Shown: in pieces, positions 27,166 to 37,942 of the stretch
Layout of the letters: each line of letters begins with the position of its first letter
How positions within the stretch are numbered: the stretch's first letter is position 1
NCBI GenBank assembly: GCA_965203325.1
Contig: OZ241875.1
Span: 1 to 64,000 of the forward strand
Direction of reading: 5' to 3'
DNA length: 64,000 nt
DNA from: a bacterium
GTDB taxonomy: Bacteria; UBA8248
The notes under the pieces: model-generated
Databases searched by the model: none
The model's input: only the letters and a program-made list of their open reading frames with translations
Told to the model about the DNA's origin: nothing
Position numbers and translations under genes: made by a program

Positions 27166-27354
27166 TTAGCGGTTCTGGGCGCGCATGCGCTTTTTGTGCG
27201 CGGCGAGTATCTTCCTCTTGCGCTTTACGCTCGGCTTCTCATAGTACTCGCGCTTTTTGATCTCGGTGAGAATGCCTGATTTTTCGCATTGTTTCTTGAA
27301 TTGCTTCAAAGCCTTGTCGATGGATTCACCCTCGTGTACTTTGACTCCCGGCAT
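27166..27354 (-). CDS. rpsU: 30S ribosomal protein S21
   Basis: [47 protein letters not shown]. Confidence 0.96.
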   Translation of the reverse strand: MPGVKVHEGESIDKALKQFKKQCEKSGILTEIKKREYYEKPSVKRKRKILAAHKKRMRAQNR

Positions 27355-27481
27355 ATTGGTTTCGTTCCTCCCGTTTGCGGTAACTGGCGTTAGAAAATAG
27401 AATCGTTCCGGTCGCAAACTATCTCTTATCCGCCCGGTTTCGTCAAGACCCCCAAAAGAAGACCTGTCGGGAGGCGTTTTC

Positions 27482-28234
27482 TTGGCCATTCATAGCGACG
27501 AAGCCATCGTCCTGGGCGCGCGCCCGTTCTCGAACACGAGCCTGATAGTTACGTTTCTGACCAAAGAGCAGGGGAAGGTGCGCCTGGTGGCCAAGGGCGC
27601 GCGATCGGCGAAGTCGAGAATGGGCGTGGGACTCGAACCGGCGAGCGTGAATCATGTCGAGTGGAGCCGGCGCACGGGTTCCGGTTTGGGGACGATGCGA
27701 AAATGCGAGACGACACGGGTTTATCAAAGACTCTGGAAGAACTATGAGGCCATGCGGATGTCGTCGCGTCTATTGAAGATACTCGATGCGGTGTTGGGCG
27801 TGGACGAGGGTGAGCGCGCGCACTACCTGTTGCTCAAATCCTCGCTCGAAGCACTGGAGGCGGGCGCGGGCGCGGCGAGCATGGAGGGGGTCTTCCTCCT
27901 CATGCTGCTCAAGACGATGGGTCTCGACCCGGGCCTTGATTATTGCGCGGCGTGCGAAAAAAGACCGGGGAGCGAGACGGCGCGTTTCGATATCGCCACG
28001 GGCGAGCTTCGCTGCGCGAGGTGTCCGGAACCCGCTGCGCGCGAGATGCGCCTGCGCGCCGGCGCCGTCGCCGCGATGAGAGAGGTTTTTCGCCTGACGC
28101 CTGAGAAGTGTTTTTCCATCCGGTTCGCCGCGCCCCTGGAACGTGAGGTCATCGGGTGTGCGGAGGCGTTTCTGCAATATCACGGTGGCAAGAGCTTGCC
28201 GAGACGCTCCGGCCAAACCTCCGTTTCGCGTTGA
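27482..28234 (+). CDS. recO: DNA repair protein RecO
   Basis: N-terminal OB fold ([22 protein letters not shown]) and Zn finger CAAC..CARC. Confidence 0.9.
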   Translation: MAIHSDEAIVLGARPFSNTSLIVTFLTKEQGKVRLVAKGARSAKSRMGVGLEPASVNHVEWSRRTGSGLGTMRKCETTRVYQRLWKNYEAMRMSSRLLKILDAVLGVDEGERAHYLLLKSSLEALEAGAGAASMEGVFLLMLLKTMGLDPGLDYCAACEKRPGSETARFDIATGELRCARCPEPAAREMRLRAGAVAAMREVFRLTPEKCFSIRFAAPLEREVIGCAEAFLQYHGGKSLPRRSGQTSVSR

Positions 28235-28259
28235 CGGAATCCCGCCGGAGGAGTATTTG
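28231..28259 (+). promoter_or_regulatory. Putative sigma70 promoter for argS
   Basis: TTGACG-N17-TATTTG. Confidence 0.4.
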
Positions 28260-28291
28260 TTCCCTCGTTTCGGGGGTGATTTTTCGATGAG

Positions 28292-29971
28292 GTGGATGTG
28301 CTGAAACAATTGATGGTTCCCATATTCGAGAACGCATTCGAAAGCGCGCGCGCGGCGGGCGACCTGACTTCGGGGGAGAAACCCGCGGTCGTCATCGAGA
28401 CGCCGCCGAACGAGGCGTTCGGCGATTTCTCCTGCAACATCGCGATGACGCTGGCGAAGGCCGAGCGCAAGGCGCCCCTGTTGATTGCGGAGCAAATCGT
28501 CAAGCACTTCGATGCGCCCGAAGGGTTTTTCACTGACGTCCGAATCGAACAGCCCGGCTTCATCAACCTGTATCTCGATGGAGAACTTCTGTGCGCGAAG
28601 CTCACCGACATATTGTCCGCACCGGATGATTTTGGAAAAAACGAATCGGGAGCGGGCAAATCGGTTCACTTGGAATTCGTGAGCGCGAATCCCACGGGGC
28701 CGCTTCACGTCGGCCACGGACGGGGCGCCGCGCTGGGCGACGTTCTGGGGCGCGTGCTGGAGGCTTCGGGTTTTCGCGTGCACCGGGAGTATTACATCAA
28801 CGACGCGGGCAACCAGATAGAGACGCTGGCGAAATCGGCCTACGCGCGTTATCTCCAGGACGTGAAGGGAGAAGATGTTCCCTTTCCCGAAGACGCCTAC
28901 CAGGGGGAATACATTCGCGAGATCGTGAAATCCGCGAAATTCCGCGAGGGCCTCGATACGCCGGAAGATGAGGAAGCGCTCCTCTCGCAGGCGGGCGCCA
29001 TCGCCAAGGATTTGATCCTGAAAGACATCGAAAAATCCCTCGCCGAGTTCCGGGTTCGCTTCGATAAATGGTTCAGCGAGTCTTCCTTGTTCACGGAAAA
29101 CGGGAATAAGGTCGAGGAGGCGATCGCCGCGCTTGAGGCGAACGAGAAACTCTACGAGAAAGACGGGGCCAGGTGGCTCGCATCGAGCGCGTACGGCGAT
29201 GAGAAGGACCGCGTCGTTGTGCGGGACGACGGCCGCCCGACCTATCTGGCCTCGGACATCGCCTATCATCATCTCAAGTATGAGCGCGGCTTCGATCGCT
29301 ACATCAACATCTGGGGGGCGGATCATCACGGGTATTTGCCCAGGGTGCGCGCGTCGATGGAGATGCTCGGCCATGACCCCGAGAAGCTCGACGTCCTTTT
29401 CGTTCAGTTCGTGAGCCTGCGCCGCGGCGGCGAGGCGGTGCAGATGAGCACGCGCTCGGGCGAGTTCGAGGAGTTATCCACGGTGGTGGACGAGGTGGGC
29501 GTGGACGCGGCGCGTTTTTTCTTCCTGATGCGGAGCGCGGACGCGGCGCTGGAGTTCGATCTCGATTTGGCGAAAGAGCAAAGCAGCGAGAATCCGGTCT
29601 ATTACGTGCAATACGCACACGCGCGCGTATGCAGTATATTCAGGCAGGCGGAGGAGGAGGGCGTGCCGCTCGATAGTCGCGATGCTCCGCCGCCCGGCGT
29701 GCTCATGCTGGCCGAGGAGCGCGGGCTCATGAAGAATCTCCTCGAATGGCCGGACGTGGTGCGGACTGCGGCGGAGAGACTCGAACCTCACCACGTCCCG
29801 TTCGGCCTCATCGCTCTCGCCAAACAATTCCATGCCTACTATAATCGCAACCGTATATTGGGGCAGGACGAGGAACTCACCCGCGCTCGTCTGTGCCTTG
29901 CCAGGTGTGTGCAGGTCGTCTTGAGGAACGGTTTGAATTTGCTGGGAGTTTCCGCTCCCGATAAGATGTAG
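28292..29971 (+). CDS. argS: Arginine--tRNA ligase
   Basis: EFVSANPTGPLHVGH, EYYINDAG, WGADHHGY, MSTRSG and YYVQYAHAR. Confidence 0.97.
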   Translation: MDVLKQLMVPIFENAFESARAAGDLTSGEKPAVVIETPPNEAFGDFSCNIAMTLAKAERKAPLLIAEQIVKHFDAPEGFFTDVRIEQPGFINLYLDGELLCAKLTDILSAPDDFGKNESGAGKSVHLEFVSANPTGPLHVGHGRGAALGDVLGRVLEASGFRVHREYYINDAGNQIETLAKSAYARYLQDVKGEDVPFPEDAYQGEYIREIVKSAKFREGLDTPEDEEALLSQAGAIAKDLILKDIEKSLAEFRVRFDKWFSESSLFTENGNKVEEAIAALEANEKLYEKDGARWLASSAYGDEKDRVVVRDDGRPTYLASDIAYHHLKYERGFDRYINIWGADHHGYLPRVRASMEMLGHDPEKLDVLFVQFVSLRRGGEAVQMSTRSGEFEELSTVVDEVGVDAARFFFLMRSADAALEFDLDLAKEQSSENPVYYVQYAHARVCSIFRQAEEEGVPLDSRDAPPPGVLMLAEERGLMKNLLEWPDVVRTAAERLEPHHVPFGLIALAKQFHAYYNRNRILGQDEELTRARLCLARCVQVVLRNGLNLLGVSAPDKM

Positions 29972-30000
29972 TCAGCATCCGCCCAGGAAACGAGAAGTCC

Positions 30001-30798
30001 ATGAAGTCCCGGCAGCGCGCATCCGCGAAACCCTACAGGATCGTTTTCGGTAAAGTGCAGGCGGGCGTTTTTGCGCTCGTTCTCCTCGCGGGAATGGGGG
30101 CGTCCTTCGGCTTCGGCTACCTCTGGGGCACCAGCGGCGCGTCGAGTAAAAAGGTCGTGGCCGAGGTCAAGCCTGAACCGGAGGCCGGGAAAAAGGGCGA
30201 GAGAAAAGAGGCGGAGCGCGTGGAGATCGCCGCGCTGAAAAAAACGCCCGAACGCGAAGCGCAAACAGAGACGGCGAAGAAGCCCGCAGATGTCATCCAG
30301 CCGAAATTTTACCAGGACTTGCTCAAGGAGAACGAGGAAAACGAGCAGCCCATCGAACCGATCAAGCTGCCGGAGGTGAAAAAAGAAATACCCCCGAAGC
30401 CGGCTCCCCCGCTCGCGGCGGCGGTGGAGGAACCTCCCGAGAAGGAAAAGCCTCGCGAGGAGAAAGCTGACGAGAAGAAAGAAAGTACGAACGGCGTCGG
30501 CAACGAAACCCCGAGGCAGGCAGAAGCGAATGCAGGTACTTCGAAACCCTGGACGAAGGCGAGCGGATATACGATTCAGGTGGTTTCCGTCAAAAAATTC
30601 GACGAGGCGCTTCGGGTCGTCCGAAAGCTGCGGGACGCGGGCTTTCAACCCTTTATCAAGAATGTCGATCTCGGCGCCAGGGGCAAGTGGTACCGCGTCC
30701 GGGTGGGGCACTACCGGGACAAGGCGGAGGCCCAAAAGACGCTCTCCCGGATGCGGGCGAGGACAAAGCTGCAACGGGCCAGGATTTTGGCAATATAA
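30001..30798 (+). CDS. SPOR domain (FtsN-like) membrane protein
   Basis: N-terminal TM segment, charged linker, C-terminal YTIQV..WYRVRVG. Directly follows argS. Confidence 0.85.
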   Translation: MKSRQRASAKPYRIVFGKVQAGVFALVLLAGMGASFGFGYLWGTSGASSKKVVAEVKPEPEAGKKGERKEAERVEIAALKKTPEREAQTETAKKPADVIQPKFYQDLLKENEENEQPIEPIKLPEVKKEIPPKPAPPLAAAVEEPPEKEKPREEKADEKKESTNGVGNETPRQAEANAGTSKPWTKASGYTIQVVSVKKFDEALRVVRKLRDAGFQPFIKNVDLGARGKWYRVRVGHYRDKAEAQKTLSRMRARTKLQRARILAI

Positions 30799-30851
30799 AG
30801 TATATTTGAATACAATGTTTTGTGGTTTGTTTGCTATAAACGACTTTAAGC

Positions 30852-30880
30852 TTGACACCTGCGCTTCGCATTCCTAAGAT
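30852..30880 (+). promoter_or_regulatory. Putative sigma70 promoter for the lipA operon
   Basis: TTGACA-N17-TAAGAT preceded by an AT-rich UP-like tract (30795-30850). Confidence 0.7.
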
Positions 30881-30914
30881 GAGCCTCCCGATTCCCGGGA
30901 CTGGAGGCAATTCG

Positions 30915-31898
30915 ATGGCTTCTCGACGCTTTCCGCCCTGGCTTGTAAAGCGGCTGCCGAATCCGAGCCGGTCGCACGAAGTCAAGGCGCTGATGCGCAA
31001 CAAGCATCTGCACACCGTATGCGAGGAAGCCCGTTGCCCGAACCTGTTCGAGTGTTTTTCCCGCAATACGGCCACCTTCATGATTGGCGGGGACGTCTGC
31101 ACGAGAACTTGCGGTTATTGCGCCGTCACGAAGGGCGCGCCCGAGCCTTTGGACGTAAACGAGCCGCTGCACGTGGCGGAGGCCGCGAAAGGCTTGGGCT
31201 TAAAGCACGTAGTCGTCACGATGGTGAATCGCGACGATTTGCCCGATGGCGCAGCCGGCCACGTGGTGGCGACGATTGAGGCGATTCGCGAATTGCTGCC
31301 GGAGACCACGGTAGAGGTTTTGGTGAGTGATTTCATGGGAGATTTCGACGCGGTCGAGCGGGTGGTTCGCGCAGCGCCCGATGTTTTCAACCATAACATC
31401 GAGACGGTCAGGAGGCTGTTCAAGAGCACGCGCCCGAACGGCGATTACGAACGCTCGCTGCGCGTCATCGGCATGGCGAGGGAGATCGACCCGGAAATGA
31501 TGACGAAAAGCGGCGTCATGGTCGGCATGGGCGAAACCGAAGAGGACGTACTCTCCCTGATGGATGATTTGAGGGATGAAAGGGTGGATTGCCAGATAAT
31601 GACGATCGGGCAGTATCTCTCGCCCAAGAAGAAGGCGATTCCCGTTCGCGAATACATTCACCCGGATGTCTATGCGCGCTACCGTCTGGCGGGCGAGGCG
31701 AGGGGTTTCGCGCACGTGTTCGCCGGTCCTTTCGTGAGAAGCTCCTACAATGCGGAGGAGGCCCTGCACGCCTCCCGGGGATTGAAGGAGGGGAAGTTGC
31801 AAGGAGACCCCGAGGGCCGCGCTTTTATGACGAGCGACGGCTCGGGCCGGAACGTCCCGGCGCCCTCCCGTCACCTGATATCCTTGCCGGTCAGTTGA
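30915..31898 (+). CDS. lipA: Lipoyl synthase
   Basis: TVCEEARCPNLFEC, CTRTCGYC and VRSSY. ATG follows GGAGG. Confidence 0.96.
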   Translation: MASRRFPPWLVKRLPNPSRSHEVKALMRNKHLHTVCEEARCPNLFECFSRNTATFMIGGDVCTRTCGYCAVTKGAPEPLDVNEPLHVAEAAKGLGLKHVVVTMVNRDDLPDGAAGHVVATIEAIRELLPETTVEVLVSDFMGDFDAVERVVRAAPDVFNHNIETVRRLFKSTRPNGDYERSLRVIGMAREIDPEMMTKSGVMVGMGETEEDVLSLMDDLRDERVDCQIMTIGQYLSPKKKAIPVREYIHPDVYARYRLAGEARGFAHVFAGPFVRSSYNAEEALHASRGLKEGKLQGDPEGRAFMTSDGSGRNVPAPSRHLISLPVS

Positions 31899-31910
31899 GG
31901 ATTTTTGAAC

Positions 31911-33107
31911 ATGCATGAGTTCCAGCGCATTACCCGCCTGCCTCCCTACGTCTTTGCAGGCGTAGACGAGTTGAAGATCGAGGCCCGCCGCCGGGGTGAC
32001 GACATCATCGATTTCGGTATGGGGAACCCCGACCTCGCCACCCCGCCGCACATCGTGGAAAAACTCGTGGAAGCGGCGACGAACCCCAGAAATCATCGCT
32101 ATAGCGCTTCGCGCGGCATCACCCGGCTGAGAGCGGCCATCGCCGATTGGTATGGCCGCCGCTACGATGTGAATATCGACCCCGAAGAGGAGTCCATCGT
32201 CACCATCGGCGTGAAGGAGGGGCTCTCGCATCTGGCTTTGGCCATCACGAACCCGGGCGATTTGGTCATGGTGCCGAGCCCGACATACCCCATCCATACC
32301 TACGCCATGGTGCTGGCGAACGGCAACGTGGTCCATGTGCCGCTCTCCCAGGGGGATGATTTCTTCGAAAACATGACCGACATCATCCGCCCGATATGGC
32401 CGCGGCCGAAAATCCTCGTATTGAGTTTTCCGCACAACCCCACCACGGTTTGCGTGGACCTCGATTTTTTCGAAAAAGTCGTCGCCTTCGCGAAAGAATA
32501 CAACCTCATCGTGGTCCATGATTTCGCCTATGCCGACTTAGGGTTCGACGGCTACGAGCCGCCCAGCATTTTGCAGGTGAAGGGAGCGAAGGATGTGAGC
32601 GTGGAATTTTTCTCGCTCTCCAAGAGCTACTCCATGCCGGGATGGCGGATAGGCTTCGCCGTGGGGAACCGGGAGATCATCGGCGCACTCAGGCGCATCA
32701 AGAGCTATCTCGATTACGGCGCGTTCCAGCCCATCCAGATTGCTTCCATCATCGCGCTCAACGGCTCCCAGGAGTGCGTCGAGGAGATCCGCCAGATTTA
32801 TGAGAATCGCCGGGATGCGCTGTGCAACGGACTGGAGAGAATCGGCTGGCCCGTTCAGAAACCCAGAGGCACGATGTTCGTATGGGCGGAGATTCCTCAA
32901 CAGTACAGGGAGATGGGTTCTCTGGAATTTTCGAAATTCCTGTTGAGGGAAACCGAGGTGGCCGTCTCGCCCGGCATTGGTTTCGGCGAGTTGGGCGACG
33001 GGCACGTCCGCTTCGCTCTCGTGGAGAATGAGCACCGGACACGTCAGGCGCTCAGAAATCTCCGTTCCCTGTTTCAGGAGAAAGCGCCCAGGCGAGCGGC
33101 GAGCTAG
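31911..33107 (+). CDS. alaC: Class I/II aminotransferase, AlaC-like
   Basis: [36 protein letters not shown] and RIKSYLDYG. Confidence 0.85.
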   Translation: MHEFQRITRLPPYVFAGVDELKIEARRRGDDIIDFGMGNPDLATPPHIVEKLVEAATNPRNHRYSASRGITRLRAAIADWYGRRYDVNIDPEEESIVTIGVKEGLSHLALAITNPGDLVMVPSPTYPIHTYAMVLANGNVVHVPLSQGDDFFENMTDIIRPIWPRPKILVLSFPHNPTTVCVDLDFFEKVVAFAKEYNLIVVHDFAYADLGFDGYEPPSILQVKGAKDVSVEFFSLSKSYSMPGWRIGFAVGNREIIGALRRIKSYLDYGAFQPIQIASIIALNGSQECVEEIRQIYENRRDALCNGLERIGWPVQKPRGTMFVWAEIPQQYREMGSLEFSKFLLRETEVAVSPGIGFGELGDGHVRFALVENEHRTRQALRNLRSLFQEKAPRRAAS

Positions 33108-33133
33108 TTCGCCGTCCGCGGGGTAAAGATGAC

Positions 33134-34462
33134 ATGACGAAAATTTGCGTCGGCATATTGGGTCTGGGCACGGTCGGAAGCGGTGTGGTGAACTTGCTCG
33201 ATGAGCAGCGGGAGTTGATCAAAAGGCGCCTCGGCGTGGAGGTGTGCGTCTCCAGAATTGCGGATCGCAGCGTTTTCACCAAGAAAAAGACGGCGCGCGG
33301 GGTGGCTCCCGAGAATATCGGGACGGATTTCGAAGCCGTCATCGACGCGCCCGAGGTGCACGTGATCGCGGAACTGATTGGCGGTACGGATGATGCCAGA
33401 CGCCACATCCTGCGGGCGATCGGCAAGAAAAAGCCGGTGGTGACCGCAAACAAGGCGGTGCTCGCGGTTCACGGGGAAGAGATATTCGCCGAGGCGGAGA
33501 AGGCGGGTTGCCCGCTGGGTTTCGAGGCGTCCGTCGCAGGCGGCATTCCGATTGTCAGAAACTTACGCGAGGCTTTCGCGGCGGATAGAATCGAGAGGCT
33601 CGCCGGTATCCTGAACGGCACGTGCAACTATATCCTGAGCCGCATGACGGAGGTAGGCGCGGATTTCGGCGAAACGCTCAAGAGCGCTCAGGAACTCGGC
33701 TATGCGGAAGCCGATCCGGCATTTGATATCGACGGCGTCGATGCCTCGCACAAGATAGCAATCCTGGCGAACCTGGCCTATGGCACGCCCGTGGATGTCG
33801 AGGAATATCACACCGAAGGGATACGCCACATCACTTCCGTCGACATCGACATCGCCAAGGAGCTCGGCTTCCGAATCAAGCTCATCGCCACGGCTCAGGA
33901 GAAAGACGGGAAACTCGATATCCGCGTTCATCCGATGATGCTTCCCGAAAGCCACCCCCTCTCGCAGGTGGGCGGGGTCTACAACGCGGTGGCGGTCGCG
34001 GGAGTGAATGCCGGGCCGCAGGTTTTCATCGGCAAAGGCGCGGGTTCAGAGGCGACGGCTTCCGCCGTCGTGGGCGATATCATCGAAGTGGCGAGGTGGC
34101 TGAAAAACGGTGGCGACTCGCGGATTCCCGCCGCCGCTTTTTTGCCGGATCAGCGCGCGCGCCTCGACATCCTGACGCCCCGGGAAATTTCGACACGCTT
34201 CTACGTTCGCTTTGCGGCTTTGGACAAGCCGGGGGTGTTGAGCCGTATCTCCGGCGTTTTCGGCGATCACGACATCAGCCTCGAAACCGTCGTCCAGAAG
34301 GGCCGCGCCGACGAAGACGGCTATGCCCGTCTGGTGTTGCTCACCCACAAGGCGACGGAGGAGAACATGCAAAACGCACTCGGGGTAATTTCCCGCCTCG
34401 ACGTGGTGCAGCCTTCTTACGCGCTCGTGCGTGTGGAATCGGACGGCATGGCGTTCATGTGA
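33134..34462 (+). CDS. hom: Homoserine dehydrogenase with ACT domain
   Basis: GLGTVG, VVTANKA, FEASVAGGIP, GILNGTCNYIL, GYAEADP and DKPGVL. Confidence 0.96.
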   Translation: MTKICVGILGLGTVGSGVVNLLDEQRELIKRRLGVEVCVSRIADRSVFTKKKTARGVAPENIGTDFEAVIDAPEVHVIAELIGGTDDARRHILRAIGKKKPVVTANKAVLAVHGEEIFAEAEKAGCPLGFEASVAGGIPIVRNLREAFAADRIERLAGILNGTCNYILSRMTEVGADFGETLKSAQELGYAEADPAFDIDGVDASHKIAILANLAYGTPVDVEEYHTEGIRHITSVDIDIAKELGFRIKLIATAQEKDGKLDIRVHPMMLPESHPLSQVGGVYNAVAVAGVNAGPQVFIGKGAGSEATASAVVGDIIEVARWLKNGGDSRIPAAAFLPDQRARLDILTPREISTRFYVRFAALDKPGVLSRISGVFGDHDISLETVVQKGRADEDGYARLVLLTHKATEENMQNALGVISRLDVVQPSYALVRVESDGMAFM

Positions 34463-34487
34463 TCGAGCAGACAAGGGTTCATCCCTG

Positions 34488-35738
34488 ATGCGGAAAATCT
34501 TGATGGTTCTCGCACGCGGCCTGGCCGACAGGCCGGTGGCGGACTTTGGTGGTGAAACGCCTTTGCAGAGGGCGCGCACGCCTGGCTTGGATCGCCTGGC
34601 CAATATGGGATTTTCCGGCCTGTGGTCTCCAACGCCTGAAGATGCGTATCCTTCTCTGGATGGATTTCTCAAGAAATTTTACGGCTCCTCCGGGGCACTC
34701 TCTTCCGGCCTGATGATGGCCGCCGCTGCCGGCCATCTTCCGGAAACGGGAGAAGCCGTCTTCCGGCTCAATTTCGTGTGCTTGAAGCCCGGCGCTACGA
34801 GCGTCGTCATGCTCGACCCGACGGGCTTCGGCGTCACGGACGAGGAGAACCGCGAACTCATCGCTTACCTGGAGCGGCAGATGCCGCCGGATGAGGGGGA
34901 ATCCTTCCGCTACGAATCCCTGGGCGGCTGTGAGGCGCTTCTCTTTTACAAGCGTGCGGGCGCGCCGCTTCCGCAAGAATCTTTCCGTGGCTTCTCGCCC
35001 CCGTATGCGATTACCGGAAGCCCCATCGGAGACCATATGCCGGTAGCGGAGGCGGCCCGGCGCTTCGTTCATTTCGTCAACGATTCCCAGATGGTGCTCT
35101 CCACCCACTCAGGCTTGAGGGAAAAGGCGCAAACCCGCATGTTCGCTGCAAACTCCGTTTGGCTTTGGGGAGGCGGCCTCGCCGCAGAGGACGGGCGGAT
35201 GTCGGAAAAAACCGGAGGCAGGAGTTCCGCCCTGATAACAGACTCGCAACTCGCTAAGGGTTTTGCCAAACTAGGCGGCGCGGATGTATATGAGCCGGGG
35301 GAGGAGACGCCCGTTACGGTGAGCGAGGCGCTTTCGAGCCATGATTTCGTCTGCCTGATAGAGGATGCGGACGACGTGTCCCCCTGGCGCGAACCGGAGG
35401 AGAAAATCAAGGCCATCGAGAAGTTCGACGCCGGGCTCATCTCGCCCCTGTTGGGAAGGCTGAGCGAGCCTTGCCGCATACTCGTGGCGGTGGATCATGG
35501 ATTCAGCGTGGAATCCCAGGAATGGACTGCCGATGCCGTCCCGTTCGCCATCGCGGATTTCGATGGAGAGAATTTGACGCAGCCGAAGCGTCCGGGAGGG
35601 TTGGCCGCTCTTTGGGAGTTGATGCGTGGCGGAGAAGGAAAACAAAAAAATTCGGCCGTCGGTTTTTCCGAAGAACTCGGGGGAGCGGGGCGCGTCTATT
35701 CGCTGAATGCAGTGAAAAAGCGGTTGTTCGCCGGGTGA
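34488..35738 (+). CDS. ApgM-like (cofactor-independent phosphoglycerate mutase family) protein, degenerate metal site
   Basis: GLADRP..GETPLQRARTPGLDRLA, AVFRLNFV, ANSVWLWGGG, KIKAIEKFD, DH and VPF. Confidence 0.78.
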   Translation: MRKILMVLARGLADRPVADFGGETPLQRARTPGLDRLANMGFSGLWSPTPEDAYPSLDGFLKKFYGSSGALSSGLMMAAAAGHLPETGEAVFRLNFVCLKPGATSVVMLDPTGFGVTDEENRELIAYLERQMPPDEGESFRYESLGGCEALLFYKRAGAPLPQESFRGFSPPYAITGSPIGDHMPVAEAARRFVHFVNDSQMVLSTHSGLREKAQTRMFAANSVWLWGGGLAAEDGRMSEKTGGRSSALITDSQLAKGFAKLGGADVYEPGEETPVTVSEALSSHDFVCLIEDADDVSPWREPEEKIKAIEKFDAGLISPLLGRLSEPCRILVAVDHGFSVESQEWTADAVPFAIADFDGENLTQPKRPGGLAALWELMRGGEGKQKNSAVGFSEELGGAGRVYSLNAVKKRLFAG

Positions 35739-35748
35739 TGGGGATAAA

Positions 35749-36957
35749 ATGAGTCTGGTCGTAAAAAAATTCGGTGGTACCTCGGTCGCGAACCTGGAAA
35801 AGATTCGCGGCGTGGTCAAGCGAGTCTCGGGGGCGAGAAGTTCCTGGGAGCACATCATCGTCGTGGTGAGCGCGATGGCGGGGGAAACCGACAAGCTCAT
35901 CCGGTTCGCGCATGCGCTTTCGCCTCAGCCGGTGGGGCGGGAGATGGATTTGCTGCTCACCTCGGGGGAGCGCATTGCGAGTTCGCTTTTGGCCATCGCC
36001 CTCGATGCGGTTGGAATCCCGGCCATATCCCTGACGGGCGGGCAGGCGGGCATTCTGACGGAAGGCGACCATACCCGCGCCCGCGTGCGCTCCATCCGCC
36101 CGGCGAGGGTTGTAAAGGAACTCGAGGAGGGGAAGGTGGTCGTCGCCGCGGGCTTTCAGGGCGTCGATGCGTTCGATGAGGAGACGACGCTGGGGCGCGG
36201 GGGCTCCGACCTCACCGCCGTGGCCTTGGCTGCGGCGCTTGAAGCGGACCGCTGTGAGATTTATACCGATGTGGACGGGGTGTACACGGCCGACCCGCGC
36301 CTTGTGCCCGACGCGAAGCGCATGGAGCAGATATCGTTTGAGGAGATGATGGAACTCGCGTCCCTGGGCGCGAAAGTGCTGCAGGCGCGCTCTGTGGATC
36401 TGGCGGCGAAGTATGACCTGCCGCTCGTCGTCCGGTCCGCGTTTGATGAAGGAGAGGGAACGTTGATCATTCCAGAGTCGACGGGAATCGAGTCTCCCGC
36501 CGTTCGCGGCGTGAGCTGCGATTCGAAGCAATCGAAACTCACGATTAGCGCCGTGCCCGACAGGCCCGGCATCGCCGCCGCTCTCTTCGGCCGTTTGGCC
36601 GAGAAATCCATCATGGTGGACATGATCGTCCAGAACGTGAGTGAAAACGGCATGACGGACATCTCCATCACGGTGAACAGCGACATGGCGCAGCAAGCCG
36701 AGCAAATCATGGTGGAATCGAATGAATCCTTCGGCGGAGCCGCCATCTCCCGCGATGACGACATCGCGAAAGTCTCCGTCGTGGGCGTGGGCATGAAGAG
36801 CCAGGCCGGCGTGGCGGCGCGCGTTTTCTCCGCTTTGGCGAGAAGCCGCATCAACATCATGATGATCTCGACTTCCGAGATTTCCATATCCGTCGTGGTG
36901 GGCCAGGCGGACTCCGAGAATTCGGTGCGCGTCCTTCATAAGGAGTTTATCGGTTGA
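35749..36957 (+). CDS. lysC: Aspartate kinase
   Basis: [32 protein letters not shown] and two ACT domains. Confidence 0.96.
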   Translation: MSLVVKKFGGTSVANLEKIRGVVKRVSGARSSWEHIIVVVSAMAGETDKLIRFAHALSPQPVGREMDLLLTSGERIASSLLAIALDAVGIPAISLTGGQAGILTEGDHTRARVRSIRPARVVKELEEGKVVVAAGFQGVDAFDEETTLGRGGSDLTAVALAAALEADRCEIYTDVDGVYTADPRLVPDAKRMEQISFEEMMELASLGAKVLQARSVDLAAKYDLPLVVRSAFDEGEGTLIIPESTGIESPAVRGVSCDSKQSKLTISAVPDRPGIAAALFGRLAEKSIMVDMIVQNVSENGMTDISITVNSDMAQQAEQIMVESNESFGGAAISRDDDIAKVSVVGVGMKSQAGVAARVFSALARSRINIMMISTSEISISVVVGQADSENSVRVLHKEFIG

Positions 36958-37931
36958 GCGATGCGTTGACGTTTCAGGAAGTGATCATGGGGCTGGAGAA
37001 GTTCTGGTCGCAAAAAGGATGCGTCATCCAGCAGCCATACGACATCGAGGTGGGCGCGGGCACCATGAACCCGGCCACTTTTCTGCGCGCCCTCGGCCCC
37101 GAGCCCTGGAAGGTGGCCTACGTCGAGCCCAGCAGGAGGCCCACGGACGGCCGCTACGGTGAGAACCCGAACAGGCTGCAGCATTATTATCAATATCAGG
37201 TGATTCTGAAACCCTCGCCCATCGACGTGCAGGAGCAGTATCTCGAAAGTCTGGAGAGTTTGGGAATCGACCCGCTCGAGCACGATATCCGCTTCGTCGA
37301 AGACGACTGGGAATCCCCCAACCTGGGCGCTTGGGGTCTGGGCTGGGAGGTGTGGCTCGACGGTATGGAGGTCACGCAGTTCACGTATTTTCAACAGGCG
37401 GGCGGGCTGGACCTGGAAATGGTGTCCGCGGAATTGACTTATGGAATCGAGCGCATCGCCATGTACTTACAAGAGGTGGAAAGCGTGTATGACCTCATCT
37501 GGGCGCGGGATACCGATGACGGAGTCATCAAATACGCCGACGTGCACCATCAGACGGAAGTGGAGTTCAGCCATTACAATTTCGAGGAAGCGGACGTAAA
37601 AATCCATTTTGATATATTTGATAAATACGAGGCCGAAGGGTTGCGTCTCGTGGAGAAGGGCCTCACGTTTCCCGCCTACGATCACGCCCTCAAGTGTTCG
37701 CACACCTTCAATCTTCTGGATGCGCGAGGAGCCATCAGCGTGAGTGAGCGGGCGCGCTATATCGGCAGAATCAGAAAAATGGCGCGTGCGTGCGCCGAGA
37801 GCTATCTGAAATCCCGCTATGAGGCCGGTTTCCCTCTCATCAGGGACGAAGCGCAGCGAAAGGAACATCTCGATCTTTACGCCGCTCAATTCGATACGGA
37901 AGAAGCGAAGTCGAACGTGGGCGAGGAATAG
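36954..37931 (+). CDS. glyQ: Glycine--tRNA ligase alpha subunit
   Basis: [26 protein letters not shown] and [19 protein letters not shown]. Confidence 0.98.
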   Translation: MSDALTFQEVIMGLEKFWSQKGCVIQQPYDIEVGAGTMNPATFLRALGPEPWKVAYVEPSRRPTDGRYGENPNRLQHYYQYQVILKPSPIDVQEQYLESLESLGIDPLEHDIRFVEDDWESPNLGAWGLGWEVWLDGMEVTQFTYFQQAGGLDLEMVSAELTYGIERIAMYLQEVESVYDLIWARDTDDGVIKYADVHHQTEVEFSHYNFEEADVKIHFDIFDKYEAEGLRLVEKGLTFPAYDHALKCSHTFNLLDARGAISVSERARYIGRIRKMARACAESYLKSRYEAGFPLIRDEAQRKEHLDLYAAQFDTEEAKSNVGEE

Positions 37932-37942
37932 AGGGTTTCAGT

